Source: Candidatus Zhuqueibacterota bacterium (GTDB lineage: Bacteria > Zhuqueibacterota > Zhuqueibacteria > Thermofontimicrobiales > Thermofontimicrobiaceae). From it: a stretch of 64,000 nucleotides of DNA. Positions 28,757 to 39,682 of this stretch are shown one piece after another (position 1 is the first letter of the stretch; each line of letters starts with the position of its first letter). The stretch lies in the NCBI GenBank assembly GCA_049322915.1, contig JBMOPW010000026.1, positions 64,001 through 128,000 on the forward strand, written 5' to 3'. The translations under genes and the position numbers were made by a program. The notes beneath the pieces are model-generated. The model did not search any database. It was given only the letters and a program-made list of their open reading frames with translations, and had not been told where the DNA came from.

Positions 28757-29635
28757 ATGAATCGATTGCAGGAAATGCTACAGAAGAAGAAAATTCTTGT
28801 CTCAGATGGCGCGTGGGGGACAATGCTTCAATCGCAGGGATTGATGCCGGGCGACTGTCCTGAGGAGTGGAATATTTCGCACCCGGACAATGTCCGCGCC
28901 ATCGCGGCCCAATACATCGGGGCCGGTTCCGATATTGTCCTCACCAATACTTTTGGCGGCTCGCGTTTCAAGTTATCCAGTTACAATTATCAGGATCAGG
29001 TGTATGAAATCAATCGCGCCGGCGCATCGATCTCGCGGCAGGCGGCTGGCGAGAATGTCATTGTCCTGTCGTCTGTGGGTCCTACGGGGAAATTCCTTGA
29101 GCCGTTGGGCGATGTGACCGAACAGGAGATGATCGATAATTTTTATGATCAGATGCGCGGCCTGGTCGATGGCGGCGTGGATGGTATTTTAATTGAAACG
29201 ATGGCGGATACCGCCGAAGCTGTCTGCGCAGTGAAAGCTGCCAAAGCTGTGTGCAAATTGCCGGTGTTGGTGACATTCACTTTTGAAAGAGGGAAGATGG
29301 GATATCGCACCATGATGGGCGTGACAATCCCCCGGGCGGTGGAAGCACTGACCGCGGCTGGCGTGGATATGATAGGGACTAACTGCGGCAATGGTATTGA
29401 GCAGGTTGTGGAAATCATCGCGGAAATGCGGCGGCATACGGACAAATACCTGGTGGCTCATCCCAATGCCGGCCTTCCCAAGCTGGTGCAGGGCACTACG
29501 ATTTTCGATCAGTCGCCCGATGAAATGGCAACGTATGTCCGGCGTTTGATCGATGCCGGCGCCAATATTATCGGTGGCTGTTGCGGGACCACACCGGCCC
29601 ACATCGCCGCTATCGCGAAAATAATTCATTCATAA
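28757..29635 (+). CDS. Homocysteine S-methyltransferase family (stand-alone MetH Hcy-binding domain)
   Basis: DGAWGTML, TNTFG, GTNC, PNAGLP, GGCCGTTP. Confidence 0.92.
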   Translation: MNRLQEMLQKKKILVSDGAWGTMLQSQGLMPGDCPEEWNISHPDNVRAIAAQYIGAGSDIVLTNTFGGSRFKLSSYNYQDQVYEINRAGASISRQAAGENVIVLSSVGPTGKFLEPLGDVTEQEMIDNFYDQMRGLVDGGVDGILIETMADTAEAVCAVKAAKAVCKLPVLVTFTFERGKMGYRTMMGVTIPRAVEALTAAGVDMIGTNCGNGIEQVVEIIAEMRRHTDKYLVAHPNAGLPKLVQGTTIFDQSPDEMATYVRRLIDAGANIIGGCCGTTPAHIAAIAKIIHS

Positions 29636-29682
29636 ACCCGGTGTGACAGACTTCGTGCAGGGAGTTTTCGGAGGAGGAAACT

Positions 29683-31536
29683 TTGAGCGACACAGAAAAT
29701 GAGATACTGCTTCAATTTTTACCAAAGAAAAAAAGGATAAAAGTCAGTCGGGGGACCAACGTATTAGAAGCAGCGAGGTGGGCTGGCATTAACATACCTG
29801 GTTTCTGCGGAAACAGAGGAAAATGCGGTAAGTGCAAAATTAAAGTTATGAATGTGGAAATTCCGTACACCCGGGAGGAGGAGATTGCTCTGTCCCCGGA
29901 AGAGCGAAGTCTGGGCGTACATTTAGCCTGCCAGTTGAATTTGCAATCGGACATGACTGTCGAGATCATCAGTGAGGAACGAATTGCAAAAGAGACGTTT
30001 CTCACGTATGAAATTGGCAATATGTTTGAAGTAGATAATCATCTCAAAAAGACCTACCTGGAAATGATCAATCCTGATATTGAAAATCAGGTTGATGATT
30101 ACTCCAATCTGGAAGAGAACATTCTACACACGTCAAAGCGGCTCCATATTCCGCTGCCAGTGCTTCAAAATTTATCGACGTTTTTAAGAAAGAACAAATT
30201 CAAAGTGACGCTGGTGTCGGAAGACAATCAGGTGTTGTGCATTGAAACCGGCGACACGACTGCCCGAAATTTCGGGGTGGCCTTTGATTTGGGCACAACC
30301 ACGATTGTAGGTTCCCTCATCGATTTAAACACCGGGAAGTTGCTCGGTGTTCAGGCGAAGACAAATCCCCAGGCTGTTCATGGCGCTGACGTCATTTCGA
30401 GAATCAATTTTGCGGTGTCGCAGCCGGGCGGACTGGTGAAATTGCAGAATATTGTGATCGCTGCGATCAATGAAATCATCGGGTCTTTGTGCGAAGCGGC
30501 CAATGTGAACGTGCGCGAGATTTATGAGATGAGCCTGGCCGGCAACGCGATCATGAATCACCTTTTTCTTGGCGTCAATCCCCACTATATCGCCGAAGCG
30601 CCGTACATCCCGGCCTATTGTCGGCATCAGCGATTTATGGCAGAGGAGTTGGGGATAACCATCATGCCCCGCGGTTTGGTGTACACTCTGCCCAATATCT
30701 CCGGGTACGTGGGCGGCGATATCACCGGATTTATTCTCGCCTGCGATTTGCACAAAACCGAAAAAATTACTCTGGGCATCGACATTGGCACGAATGGAGA
30801 GATTGTGTTAGGTTCCCGGCAGCGGCTGTTGGCCTGCTCAACCGCAGCGGGACCCGCGTTCGAAGGCGGGCATATTAGCTGCGGTATGCGGGCGATGGAG
30901 GGCGCCATCGACAAGTTCACGATCGGCGATGACCAGATTTTCTACCACGTCATTGGCGAGACAGATGCACGGGGCATTTGTGGCACAGGGCTGATCGACA
31001 TTGTGGCGGAACTGGTGACTGCAGGCGTCATCGATGAAACAGGTCGCATTGTCGCTGCTGAGAATTTTAAGGGACCCGAGTGGCTCAAAAGTCGGATTCA
31101 GACAGTGGAGAATTCAACTGCCTTTGTCATTTCTGCTGCCGAAGAGGCGACGACGAAAAAATCGGTGGTCTTAACCCAGCAGGATGTGCGTGAATTGCAA
31201 TTGGCAAACGGCGCAGTCGCCGCCGGTATCGCTATTTTAATGAAAGAACTGGGTATTGAGGAAAATGACATCGAAGAGATACTGATCGCCGGCGCATTCG
31301 GGAGCTATTTAAATAAATACAACGCGCAGAAGATTGGCCTCATTCCACGAATCCCATCGGAACGTGTTAAATTTGTCGGCAATGCAGCCAGTCTGGGGGC
31401 GAAGAAATATCTGCTGTCCAATCGCATCAAAGATGAAGCAGAAACCATCACGAAAACAGTGCAGTACATTGAGCTTTCATCCCGCGCTGATTTTCAGGAA
31501 TTGTTTGCAGATAAAATGTTATTCAGTCTGGCATAA
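29683..31536 (+). CDS. ASKHA-domain ATP-dependent corrinoid reductive activase (RACo-like) with N-terminal 2Fe-2S domain
   Basis: CGNRGKCGKC..LAC; DLGTTT, GADVISRI, DIGTNGE, AAGPAFEG, GICGTG, AGAFG. Confidence 0.92.
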   Translation: MSDTENEILLQFLPKKKRIKVSRGTNVLEAARWAGINIPGFCGNRGKCGKCKIKVMNVEIPYTREEEIALSPEERSLGVHLACQLNLQSDMTVEIISEERIAKETFLTYEIGNMFEVDNHLKKTYLEMINPDIENQVDDYSNLEENILHTSKRLHIPLPVLQNLSTFLRKNKFKVTLVSEDNQVLCIETGDTTARNFGVAFDLGTTTIVGSLIDLNTGKLLGVQAKTNPQAVHGADVISRINFAVSQPGGLVKLQNIVIAAINEIIGSLCEAANVNVREIYEMSLAGNAIMNHLFLGVNPHYIAEAPYIPAYCRHQRFMAEELGITIMPRGLVYTLPNISGYVGGDITGFILACDLHKTEKITLGIDIGTNGEIVLGSRQRLLACSTAAGPAFEGGHISCGMRAMEGAIDKFTIGDDQIFYHVIGETDARGICGTGLIDIVAELVTAGVIDETGRIVAAENFKGPEWLKSRIQTVENSTAFVISAAEEATTKKSVVLTQQDVRELQLANGAVAAGIAILMKELGIEENDIEEILIAGAFGSYLNKYNAQKIGLIPRIPSERVKFVGNAASLGAKKYLLSNRIKDEAETITKTVQYIELSSRADFQELFADKMLFSLA

Positions 31537-31624
31537 TTGGTGGAGATCGATGCTTCCGCGGCAATCCTGGTCTGACTGACATTTGCACCTCGCGCCTGGG
31601 CATCCGGGCGTCAGGTTGAAATAT

Positions 31625-31664
31625 AAAAGGGATACAAATGGCAATCATCTGTATCCCTTTTTTT
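31625..31664. terminator. Bidirectional intrinsic terminator
   Basis: aaaagggatacaaatg..catctgtatccctttttt. Confidence 0.8.
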
Positions 31665-31692
31665 ATTCCGATTCCGACTGTGAGTTCATGTG

Positions 31693-31861
31693 AAAAAAAG
31701 CATAGCTCCTGCACCGATGATGTAACAAACAATCCAAATTGAATGACCCGGGATGTTTTTTGAATTCTGATCTGGATTCACCCTGAGTTGCCGGGGCAGG
31801 GCACTCAGGGAACGATCCCTGAAAGTATTGCTTGACCAATAATTCGGCGCAGGAGCTATTT
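31693..31861 (-). ncRNA. Unassigned structured ncRNA candidate (possibly 6S-like)
   Basis: 16-bp closing stem 31702-31717/31844-31859 with nested stems; two mismatches read as G-U only on the minus strand; 3' U7 tract. Confidence 0.55.
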
Positions 31862-32299
31862 GGGGGTCCTCCCTCCCTGCTTTTGTTCTGGATGGCAGTA
31901 AAATTCTTTATCTGAAATAAAATCTTTCTGTCACAATGAGAGCTTCAAATCTGCTGCAAATGGTTATTCAAAATTTGTGCCACATTGTTATACAACTATT
32001 AATCCATTATAAAATTAATGAGATGCGCTTCGGAAGTTCAGCCAAAAACGAAGTGTGGACTATTTCATTTTGAAATGAATCTTAAAATGAGAATGATTTT
32101 TTTCTCAAATCAGGACGAACCCCACCGGGCCAGATTTTCCGATAGATGCAGCGACGAACGACCTACCATGCCATCCCGCCTGGAAGGAAAAGCCAGAAGA
32201 TAAATTTGAGAAAACGATCTGGGCCGCGCGTGATGAGAACTAATTTGGGCTCAGCATAATTTCGTCCTCCTGCAAGAGATTCACGACCGCTTATCGAAT

Positions 32300-32803
32300 C
32301 TATGATTTTGCAGGAAATAGTCTTTGTTTTAATCGTTGAAATGCAGAGGTGATGGGGACAATCAGAGGTGTGTTTGAACCGGAACGGTTCTTCTTCAGCC
32401 TCAAAATATTGTAGTGGCTTTTGATCTCGTAGCTTATTTCATCGATGAATTTGCGCATGATGAAAATGCCCAATCCGCCTTTTTTCCCGATATCGACGTA
32501 GTTATTGAGATTGGGATTCCCGACAGTATTTGGATCGAAGCTCCTTCCCTGGTCAATGAGCTCGACGATGAGCTGGTCGTCATTCACCAGAACTCTCATG
32601 GTGATAGAGCCAGTCTGGTCTGCGTTATACCCGTGTTTGATGATGTTGGTGCAGGCTTCGTCAATGGAAATCTTGAAGGCATTAATTTCGTTTTTAGCAA
32701 ATTTATACTTGGTACCGATCCGAGTAATAAATTTCCGCAACACAGGCAGATATTTGATTTGGGCGGGAACGATCACCTGCTCTTTAGAGATAGTTTGATT
32801 CAC
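32300..32803 (-). CDS. RsbW/SpoIIAB-like anti-sigma factor kinase
   Basis: DEACTNIIKHGY, DQGRSFDP, GGLGIFIM. Confidence 0.9.
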   Translation of the reverse strand: MNQTISKEQVIVPAQIKYLPVLRKFITRIGTKYKFAKNEINAFKISIDEACTNIIKHGYNADQTGSITMRVLVNDDQLIVELIDQGRSFDPNTVGNPNLNNYVDIGKKGGLGIFIMRKFIDEISYEIKSHYNILRLKKNRSGSNTPLIVPITSAFQRLKQRLFPAKS

Positions 32804-33047
32804 AACCGGCTTCCTTTTGATTTTTTAACAGACCCTGTTATGGACTCAGTTCATTCAGTTAACAGCCTCCAACCACGTGCCGTATCAGAAAAAAAGCAAG
32901 CCGCGCCTATGATCCGAATTATCTCGAATAGGGGGGAATCGATGATAGTTTTGTTCGCAATATGATGAATCATAATAACAAATTAATTTAAAAAAGTCAA
33001 GCAAATATTTTGGAGCCGTATGTTAAAAGTAGATAACATATGACAGG

Positions 33048-35891
33048 CTAACAGTCCTTCTTGCTCAGTTCTTTCCGAAGAAATTGACCGGTATAGGATT
33101 TGTCAATTGCTGTAATTTCCTCCGGCGTCCCGGTCGCCACAATGGTCCCGCCGTTATCGCCACCCTCCGGGCCAAGATCGATGATGTAGTCTGCGGTTTT
33201 GATGACATCCAGATTGTGTTCGATCACCATCACGGTGTTTCCTTTGTCGACGAGCCGATTGAGCACATTGAGCAGCATGTTGATGTCCTCAAAATGGAGA
33301 CCGGTTGTCGGTTCGTCCAGAATATAAAAAGTGCGCCCGGTTCCCACTTTAGAAAGTTCGGTGGCCAGCTTGACGCGCTGCGCTTCGCCGCCGGAGAGAG
33401 TTGTTGCCTGTTGACCCAGTCGGATGTAGCCGAGTCCCACATCGTCCAGGGTTTCCAGCTTGCGCCTGATGCGCGGTATCTTGTCGAAGAAATCGAGCGC
33501 CTGGGACACAGTCATGTCCAGGACATCGGCAATGGATTTGCCGCGATATTTTACCTCCAGCGTCTCGCGATTATAGCGCTTGCCTTTGCATTCCTCGCAC
33601 GTCACGTAAATATCCGGCAGAAAGTGCATCTCAATTTTGATGATGCCGTCTCCCTGACAGGTTTCGCAGCGGCCGCCCTTGACATTGAAACTGAAACGGC
33701 CGGGATGATAACCGCGAATTTTAGCCTCGGGCAGTTGCGTGAACAGATCGCGGATATGGGTGAACAGGCCGGTATAGGTCGCCGGGTTGGAGCGCGGGGT
33801 GCGTCCGATCGGCGATTGGTCGATATCAATCACCTTGTCGATATGCTCCAATCCCAGAAGCTTTTCATATTTCAGCGGCTGCTTTTTACCCTGGTAGAAT
33901 TCTTTCAGCAAAATGGGGTAAAGCGTCTCGTTGACCAGCGTGCTCTTCCCTGAACCGGAAACGCCGGTGATGCAGATGAACAATCCTAATGGAAATTTCA
34001 CGTTCACCGATTTCAGGTTGTTGCCGGAAGCGCCGCGAAGTTCGATGAAAGCGCCGTTGCCCGGCCGGCGCCTGGGTGGGATGGCGATAAATTTTTTGCA
34101 CGACAGGTATTGCCCGGTGATGGATGCCTCGTTCGCTGCTATTTCCGCCGGTGTACCGGTTGCCACAATTTGCCCGCCGTTTTCGCCGGCGCGGGGTCCC
34201 AGATCGACAATGAAGTCGGCGCTCTCGATAGTCTCCCGGTCATGTTCCACAACGATCACAGTGTTCCCCAGATTTCTCAATTCCAGCAAGGTGTTGATCA
34301 GTTTCTGATTATCCCGCTGGTGCAATCCAATGGAAGGCTCATCCAGAATATAGAGCACGCCCATCAGTTGCGAGCCGATTTGAGTCGCCAGCCGAATGCG
34401 TTGGGCTTCGCCGCCGGACAGGCTGCCGGACGAACGATGCAGGGTCAAATAATCCAATCCGACATTGATCAGAAATTTCAACCGCGCGAAAATTTCCTTC
34501 AGAATTTGCTGGGCAATGATCTGCTCGCGTTTGGTGAGCTTTATAACCGTGAAGAATTGCTGCAAATGATTTATCGATAATTGGGTGATGCCGTTGATAT
34601 TGTAATCGCCGATGCGAACGGCCAGCGATTCCTTTCGCAGCCGGGACCCACCGCAGGCCGGGCAAGGCTTCATGTTCATGAAACCCTCGATCCAGGTTCG
34701 AATGTATTGCGACGATGTTTGATGGTAGCGACGCTCCAGATTTTTGATGATGCCCTCATATTGCGTGGTGAATTCAGCGTGACGCTGGCCATTTTCTCTG
34801 AGATAGATCATTCGAACCGGCTCATTGCCGGAGCCGTAGAAGATAATATTTTTATGCTCATCACTCAAATTTTTGAAGGGCACATTCAAATCGAATCCAT
34901 ACTTATCGGCAACGGAAGCCAACTGCGAGAAGTACCAACCTTCGCGAGCTTCGCCCCAGGGGATGAGTGCGCCTTGATTGAGGGATAGATTTTTATCGGG
35001 GACGACGAGGTCCGGATCAATTTCCATGATCGTGCCAAGTCCATTGCACGTCTGGCACGCGCCGTACGGGCTGTTGAACGAGAACATGCGTGGCGTCAAT
35101 TCTTCGTAGGAGATGCCGCAATCGATGCAGGCAAAATGCTCGCTGAAAAACAACTCCTCGCCGTCGATTTGATGAATCAACACAATGCCCGACGCCAATT
35201 TCAATGCCGTCTCCACCGAGTCGGTCAATCGGGCGGTCATAGTGGGTTCAATGATCAGCCGATCCACGACAATTTCGATGTTATGTTTTTTTTGCTTGTC
35301 CAGCGAGATGTCTTCTTCAAGTTCTCGCATCTGGCCATCCACCCGGACGCGGACGAATCCATCGCGTTGGGCTTCCTCGAAAATTTCGCGGTACTCGCCT
35401 TTGCGTCCGCGCACCACCGGGGCCAACACCAGAATTTTTGTTTCTTGGGGCAATGCCATCACCTGATCCACAATTTGCTGCACCGACTGCCGCTGGATTG
35501 GTTTTCCGCAGTTATAGCAATACGGCTTGCCGATGCGCGCGAACAACAGGCGCAGGTAGTCGTAAATTTCAGTGACCGTTCCCACTGTGGAGCGGGGATT
35601 TTTGCTGGCAGATCGCTGTTCGATGGATATAGCCGGGGATAGCCCTTCAATGTACTCCACATCCGGCTTTTCCATAAGCCCTAAAAATTGCCGGGCATAG
35701 GCGGATAGCGATTCGACATAGCGGCGTTGGCCTTCGGCGTAAATTGTATCGAACGCCAGCGAAGATTTCCCCGAGCCGGACAGGCCGGTGATGACCACGA
35801 GCTTGTCTCTGGGAATTTCCAGATCGATGTTTTTTAAATTGTGCTCGCAGGCGCCTTTTATGAAAATTGATTTTCTGTCAGACATGGCCAT
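33048..35891 (-). CDS. uvrA: Excinuclease ABC subunit A
   Basis: Two ABC domains ([18 protein letters not shown]), zinc fingers, LSGGEAQR. Confidence 0.98.
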   Translation of the reverse strand: MAMSDRKSIFIKGACEHNLKNIDLEIPRDKLVVITGLSGSGKSSLAFDTIYAEGQRRYVESLSAYARQFLGLMEKPDVEYIEGLSPAISIEQRSASKNPRSTVGTVTEIYDYLRLLFARIGKPYCYNCGKPIQRQSVQQIVDQVMALPQETKILVLAPVVRGRKGEYREIFEEAQRDGFVRVRVDGQMRELEEDISLDKQKKHNIEIVVDRLIIEPTMTARLTDSVETALKLASGIVLIHQIDGEELFFSEHFACIDCGISYEELTPRMFSFNSPYGACQTCNGLGTIMEIDPDLVVPDKNLSLNQGALIPWGEAREGWYFSQLASVADKYGFDLNVPFKNLSDEHKNIIFYGSGNEPVRMIYLRENGQRHAEFTTQYEGIIKNLERRYHQTSSQYIRTWIEGFMNMKPCPACGGSRLRKESLAVRIGDYNINGITQLSINHLQQFFTVIKLTKREQIIAQQILKEIFARLKFLINVGLDYLTLHRSSGSLSGGEAQRIRLATQIGSQLMGVLYILDEPSIGLHQRDNQKLINTLLELRNLGNTVIVVEHDRETIESADFIVDLGPRAGENGGQIVATGTPAEIAANEASITGQYLSCKKFIAIPPRRRPGNGAFIELRGASGNNLKSVNVKFPLGLFICITGVSGSGKSTLVNETLYPILLKEFYQGKKQPLKYEKLLGLEHIDKVIDIDQSPIGRTPRSNPATYTGLFTHIRDLFTQLPEAKIRGYHPGRFSFNVKGGRCETCQGDGIIKIEMHFLPDIYVTCEECKGKRYNRETLEVKYRGKSIADVLDMTVSQALDFFDKIPRIRRKLETLDDVGLGYIRLGQQATTLSGGEAQRVKLATELSKVGTGRTFYILDEPTTGLHFEDINMLLNVLNRLVDKGNTVMVIEHNLDVIKTADYIIDLGPEGGDNGGTIVATGTPEEITAIDKSYTGQFLRKELSKKDC

Positions 35892-35973
35892 TGTTTCTTT
35901 AAATGATGAAATCGGTTCGAATTAACCTGTATGAACGTACTGTTCATTGGAATGTTCCTGCCTGAAACGGCAG

Positions 35974-36002
35974 AATATAAAAATTAATTGGTCGAATATC
36001 AA
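35974..36002 (-). promoter_or_regulatory. Sigma70-type promoter of uvrA
   Basis: TTGATA-N17-TATATT. Confidence 0.65.
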
Positions 36003-36302
36003 TGGAAAAATATATTAATGTGCGTGCGTCCTACGCGCGGACCTGGCGACTATGCCTGAATTCTGTCGCAGCGTCATTCCACAGAATGGGAGAATCAGCT
36101 CTGCTGGTGGGCAATCTGCGAGTCGCGTTTTGAACCAGTCGATTTTAATGCCAGTCAACTGGATGCCGGAAATAGGCATCAATGTGAATTGGTGACATTC
36201 ATCCTGAGCGTGAAGCGCATGGTTCATGTCGGCGCGATGAAAGCAGTTAAGTCGGAACTTTCCCTGTGCTAAATCGTCAAATAGTTGTCCTGAAAAAAAA
36301 AT

Positions 36303-36662
36303 GGGGACGAAACTGGTTTCGACGGTGGTCGAGGGAGTACAGATGGCATACCGAGGTCCTGGTTCCTCGCTAATCTGCCGGGAAAATAAATTTAAACGCA
36401 GACAATTATGCGTATGCATTGGCTGCCTAATTAAGCGGCCCGTGCTTTCCGGGTTCAGCCCATCAGGCCTGGAAAGTCACGTCGATTATGATGGGATAGT
36501 TCCCCTTCAACCTGCGGCAGGGGAGCGAAACTTAAGCGGGCTGGCTTTTTGGAAGCTTTGTTTGTCGTGCTTCGGAGAGCGAGATTGAACGATAGACTAA
36601 GTATGTAGAAGTTTGTAAGACCGGACCTTCGGACGCGGGTTCGACTCCCGCCGTCTCCACAA
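36303..36662 (+). ncRNA. ssrA: tmRNA
   Basis: 5' GGGGACG..GGTTTCGAC; 3' GGACGCGGGTTCGACTCCCGCCGTCTCCA; tag frame ADNYAYALAA* at 36398-36430. Confidence 0.97.
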
Positions 36663-36667
36663 ATGTT

Positions 36668-36713
36668 AAACCTCCCGGGTTCTGATTAACTTTCGGAATC
36701 GGGAGGTTTTTTA
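36668..36713 (+). terminator. Terminator after ssrA
   Basis: aaacctcccg..cgggaggtttttt. Confidence 0.75.
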
Positions 36714-36850
36714 TTTGGTTCGAATTTTTTAAACTTACAAATGTCAAAGGAGCAAGTATCAAATAAATTTCAAATTCAAATAATAAAATCACAAACCGTG
36801 ACCATGCCCTTAATTGATTTATTATCACGTTTCAGCCATTGGCTATCTAA

Positions 36851-37011
36851 CCTGAATTATTCATGAACTTGCTCAGAATTTGAGTCAACATTCAGATTTT
36901 CAATTAGCTAAAAGCTAAGTTATTTTGAAACTCAGTTTTTGTACGGTTATTCTAAAAAGAGCACCATTCAGGTTAGCCAGCCTCCTTTAAAAATACTATG
37001 AATAATGCAGG
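36851..37011 (-). mobile_element. 161-bp MITE, copy 2
   Basis: Inverted copy of 9217-9377, about 3 differences by eye; CTAA direct repeats at 36847-36850 and 37012-37015. Confidence 0.85.
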
Positions 37012-37130
37012 CTAAAAAATTTGTGGTATGAAATGTATATTTTTTACCAGATACGTGATCGCATAATTGAATCAAATAGGCCGATTTTCCTCTTGCTGAA
37101 CGCTGATAGCTGTTAGCGGAACGCTTGATA

Positions 37131-38339
37131 TTATTTTTCAAAAATCGAACTGGCCACAATGTTTGCAATCCGGCTTCGCAGCGAAAGCACGGCGCCGCCA
37201 TCGCTGGGGTGAACGCGATTGGTCAGGAAAATGACGGATGTCTCCGTCTCCGGATCGATCCAGATGGATGTGCCGGTGTAGCCGGAATGGCCGTACGAGG
37301 CTGGCCCGAAAAGGTCGCCGCCATTTGTGGAATAGGCCGAATTCAGGTCCCAGCCCAGGCCGCGGCCGGAGAATGCCACGTCCGGGTAAACCGATGTCAT
37401 TCGCTCCACCGTCAGCGGACTCAAAATGCGAATCCCCTCGAATGTGCCTTTGTTCAGCAACATCTGCGCGAAAATGGCCAGATCATCGGCAGTGGAAAAG
37501 AGGCCGGCATTGCCGGAAACACCACTCAGCAGTCGGGCCAGTGGATCGTGCACGATTCCAATCAACGGCTTTCCATCAATCACTTCTGTGGGCACACATT
37601 TTTCCCTGAACGAATCTGCCGGGTTGTAAAATGTGTTTTCCATTTTCAGCGGCCTGTAAATGTGCTTCACTGAAAATTCGGCAAGCGTTTGCCCGGTTAT
37701 TCGATCCAGAATTTCAGCCAGTGTAATGAATCCGAGACAACTGTAATGGAAAGCTGTACCCGGCGGATCGGTTTTTTTCAGCAGGGCGATGTGCTTGACC
37801 AAAGAATCCATGGGGCAGGGATTGCCATACTTTTCTTCGACTTCTTTGGCGGGCGTATACGGCGGGAGACCTGACGTGTGCGTCAGCAAATGCCAGATGC
37901 GGGCGTCTTCACCGGGTTTGCCGTTTTCATCCACGTAGGATGCGAATTCCGGGATATATTCCTTCACCGTGTCCCACAAACGAATGCGGCCCTGTTCTAC
38001 CAAAATCATGATGGACGTGGCTGTGGCAACCGGCTTGGTCACGGACGCCATATCAAAAATCATGTCGATTTCCATCGGGCGTTCTTCCGGCACCCACTGA
38101 CTCTTGCCGAAAGCTTCGCGCAGCACGATGTGGCCTTTTCGAGAGACGATTATGGCGGCGCCGGGAAAATCTTTTTGCTCGATGGCGGAATTGATCATCG
38201 CCTTCACAAGGCTGAGCTGCGTCGACGACATGCCTACGGATTCAGGTTTGGCGACTGGCAGCGATTGCGCCTGAACTCCGACGGAATAGACGAGAAGCAA
38301 TAGGCAACTAAAGCAGAGTAATAGGTTTTGAATTCTCAT
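37131..38339 (-). CDS. Serine hydrolase, beta-lactamase/AmiE-like family
   Basis: Signal peptide; ASVTK, LLTHTSG, YSC, GHSGYTG. Confidence 0.9.
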   Translation of the reverse strand: MRIQNLLLCFSCLLLLVYSVGVQAQSLPVAKPESVGMSSTQLSLVKAMINSAIEQKDFPGAAIIVSRKGHIVLREAFGKSQWVPEERPMEIDMIFDMASVTKPVATATSIMILVEQGRIRLWDTVKEYIPEFASYVDENGKPGEDARIWHLLTHTSGLPPYTPAKEVEEKYGNPCPMDSLVKHIALLKKTDPPGTAFHYSCLGFITLAEILDRITGQTLAEFSVKHIYRPLKMENTFYNPADSFREKCVPTEVIDGKPLIGIVHDPLARLLSGVSGNAGLFSTADDLAIFAQMLLNKGTFEGIRILSPLTVERMTSVYPDVAFSGRGLGWDLNSAYSTNGGDLFGPASYGHSGYTGTSIWIDPETETSVIFLTNRVHPSDGGAVLSLRSRIANIVASSIFEK

Positions 38340-38581
38340 GAGGACCTCTTTTGTTTTTGGGTGAAAGGATCGGCGCCTTTTCATGGGAAAAACGGGTCTT
38401 TCAAAAGCGAGCCAGCCTGGGACTATTATAAAAAATGGACGGTCAAAAGTCAATACCTATTTTTTTTGGACGAATGCGGGATGCAGGAGCGCAAAAAAAC
38501 GGCTTGCTTATTGTTGAAAATTTTAATAAGTTGTAAAACTTAACGCGCTTACCATGATTAACTTTGAACGATTAAAGACAT

Positions 38582-39682
38582 GTGACTGAATATTTTGTTG
38601 GCCTGACGAGCCTTGTCTATGCTGCGTTTCTTTTATGGCTTTGGCGCGGTGTGAATCGACTGGCTCCGTGCGCGCCGGATCAGGTTGCGCCTATCTCGAT
38701 CATTGTGACCATGCGCGACGAGCAGAAAAACGCTGCTGCATGCGTCCGCGCATTGCTGAATCAGGACTACCCGTCGGATAGGCTCGATATTGTCATTGTG
38801 GACGACGCTTCTCAGGATGCGACGCCGTCCATCCTGGCCGGGTTCAAACAGAGCCAACCCCGAATGAAAGTGATCCGGCAGGAAGCCGACATCCCCGGTG
38901 ACAGTCGCAAGAAGCAGGCGTTGCATCGGGCCATTGCCCACTGTCGCGGCGAGATTCTGCTGTTCACCGATGCGGATTGTCTGCCGCCGCCGACCTGGGC
39001 CAGATCGTTGGTCGCCTGTTTTGATGCCCGGACAGGGCTGGTTGCCGGCTATTCCCCGATCATCGATCCGACGCATTCGTGGGCTGGTTCCATCCTGACA
39101 ATCGATAGTCTGGCGGCGGCGGTCGTCGCTGCCGGGAGCATCAAAAATGGCAGCGCCGTGACCTGCACTGGCCGCAATTTAGCCTATCGCCGCGCTGCTT
39201 ACGACGAGGTCGATGGATTCGAGGCCATCAACAGGAGCGTCTCCGGGGACGATGATCTGTTTCTGCAACTCGTTCACCGCAAAACTGATTGGAAAATAAA
39301 TTTTGCCAGCGGCGCCGGCGCGATCGTTCCCAGCGTTCAGTCGAAATCGCTTTCCGGAATCTTCGTCCAAAAACGCCGCCATCTTTCTGCCGGAAAGTTT
39401 TACGCGACGAAGGTGCAACTTGGCTATTTCATCTACCACTTCGTCAATATCGGCTTGCACCTGATTTTGCCTCTCACGCTCTTGCCTGGGTGGAACAGCG
39501 CTTTACCTTTCGGCGCTCTGGCGGCAAAATACGCTGCTGATTATTTCATTCTTCGAACGGCGCGGAATCGGCTACAGGCTGATGTGTCGCTGAAGCAATT
39601 TGTACCGTGGGAACTGTTCTTTGTCCTGTACAATGCGCTCATCGGGCCGGTGTCGTGGATTGGTAAAATCAGGTGGAAGTGA
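38582..39682 (+). CDS. Membrane GT2 glycosyltransferase, paralog 1
   Basis: VDDAS, TDADC, SGDDDL, QKRRH. Confidence 0.9.
   Translation: MTEYFVGLTSLVYAAFLLWLWRGVNRLAPCAPDQVAPISIIVTMRDEQKNAAACVRALLNQDYPSDRLDIVIVDDASQDATPSILAGFKQSQPRMKVIRQEADIPGDSRKKQALHRAIAHCRGEILLFTDADCLPPPTWARSLVACFDARTGLVAGYSPIIDPTHSWAGSILTIDSLAAAVVAAGSIKNGSAVTCTGRNLAYRRAAYDEVDGFEAINRSVSGDDDLFLQLVHRKTDWKINFASGAGAIVPSVQSKSLSGIFVQKRRHLSAGKFYATKVQLGYFIYHFVNIGLHLILPLTLLPGWNSALPFGALAAKYAADYFILRTARNRLQADVSLKQFVPWELFFVLYNALIGPVSWIGKIRWK

Noticed and set aside
31570..31605. ZTP (pfl) riboswitch-like CGCCTGGGCA
   Set aside because: The 5' aptamer half is absent and no gene lies downstream.
31693..31880. Glycine or c-di-AMP riboswitch, or retron msr-msd
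   Set aside because: Only fragments of the motifs; no downstream gene on that strand and no reverse transcriptase nearby.
33084..33953. Long antisense ORFs (also 1671-2549, 46376-47299, 54160-55035 and others)
   Set aside because: Shadow frames of well-supported genes with no recognisable motifs.
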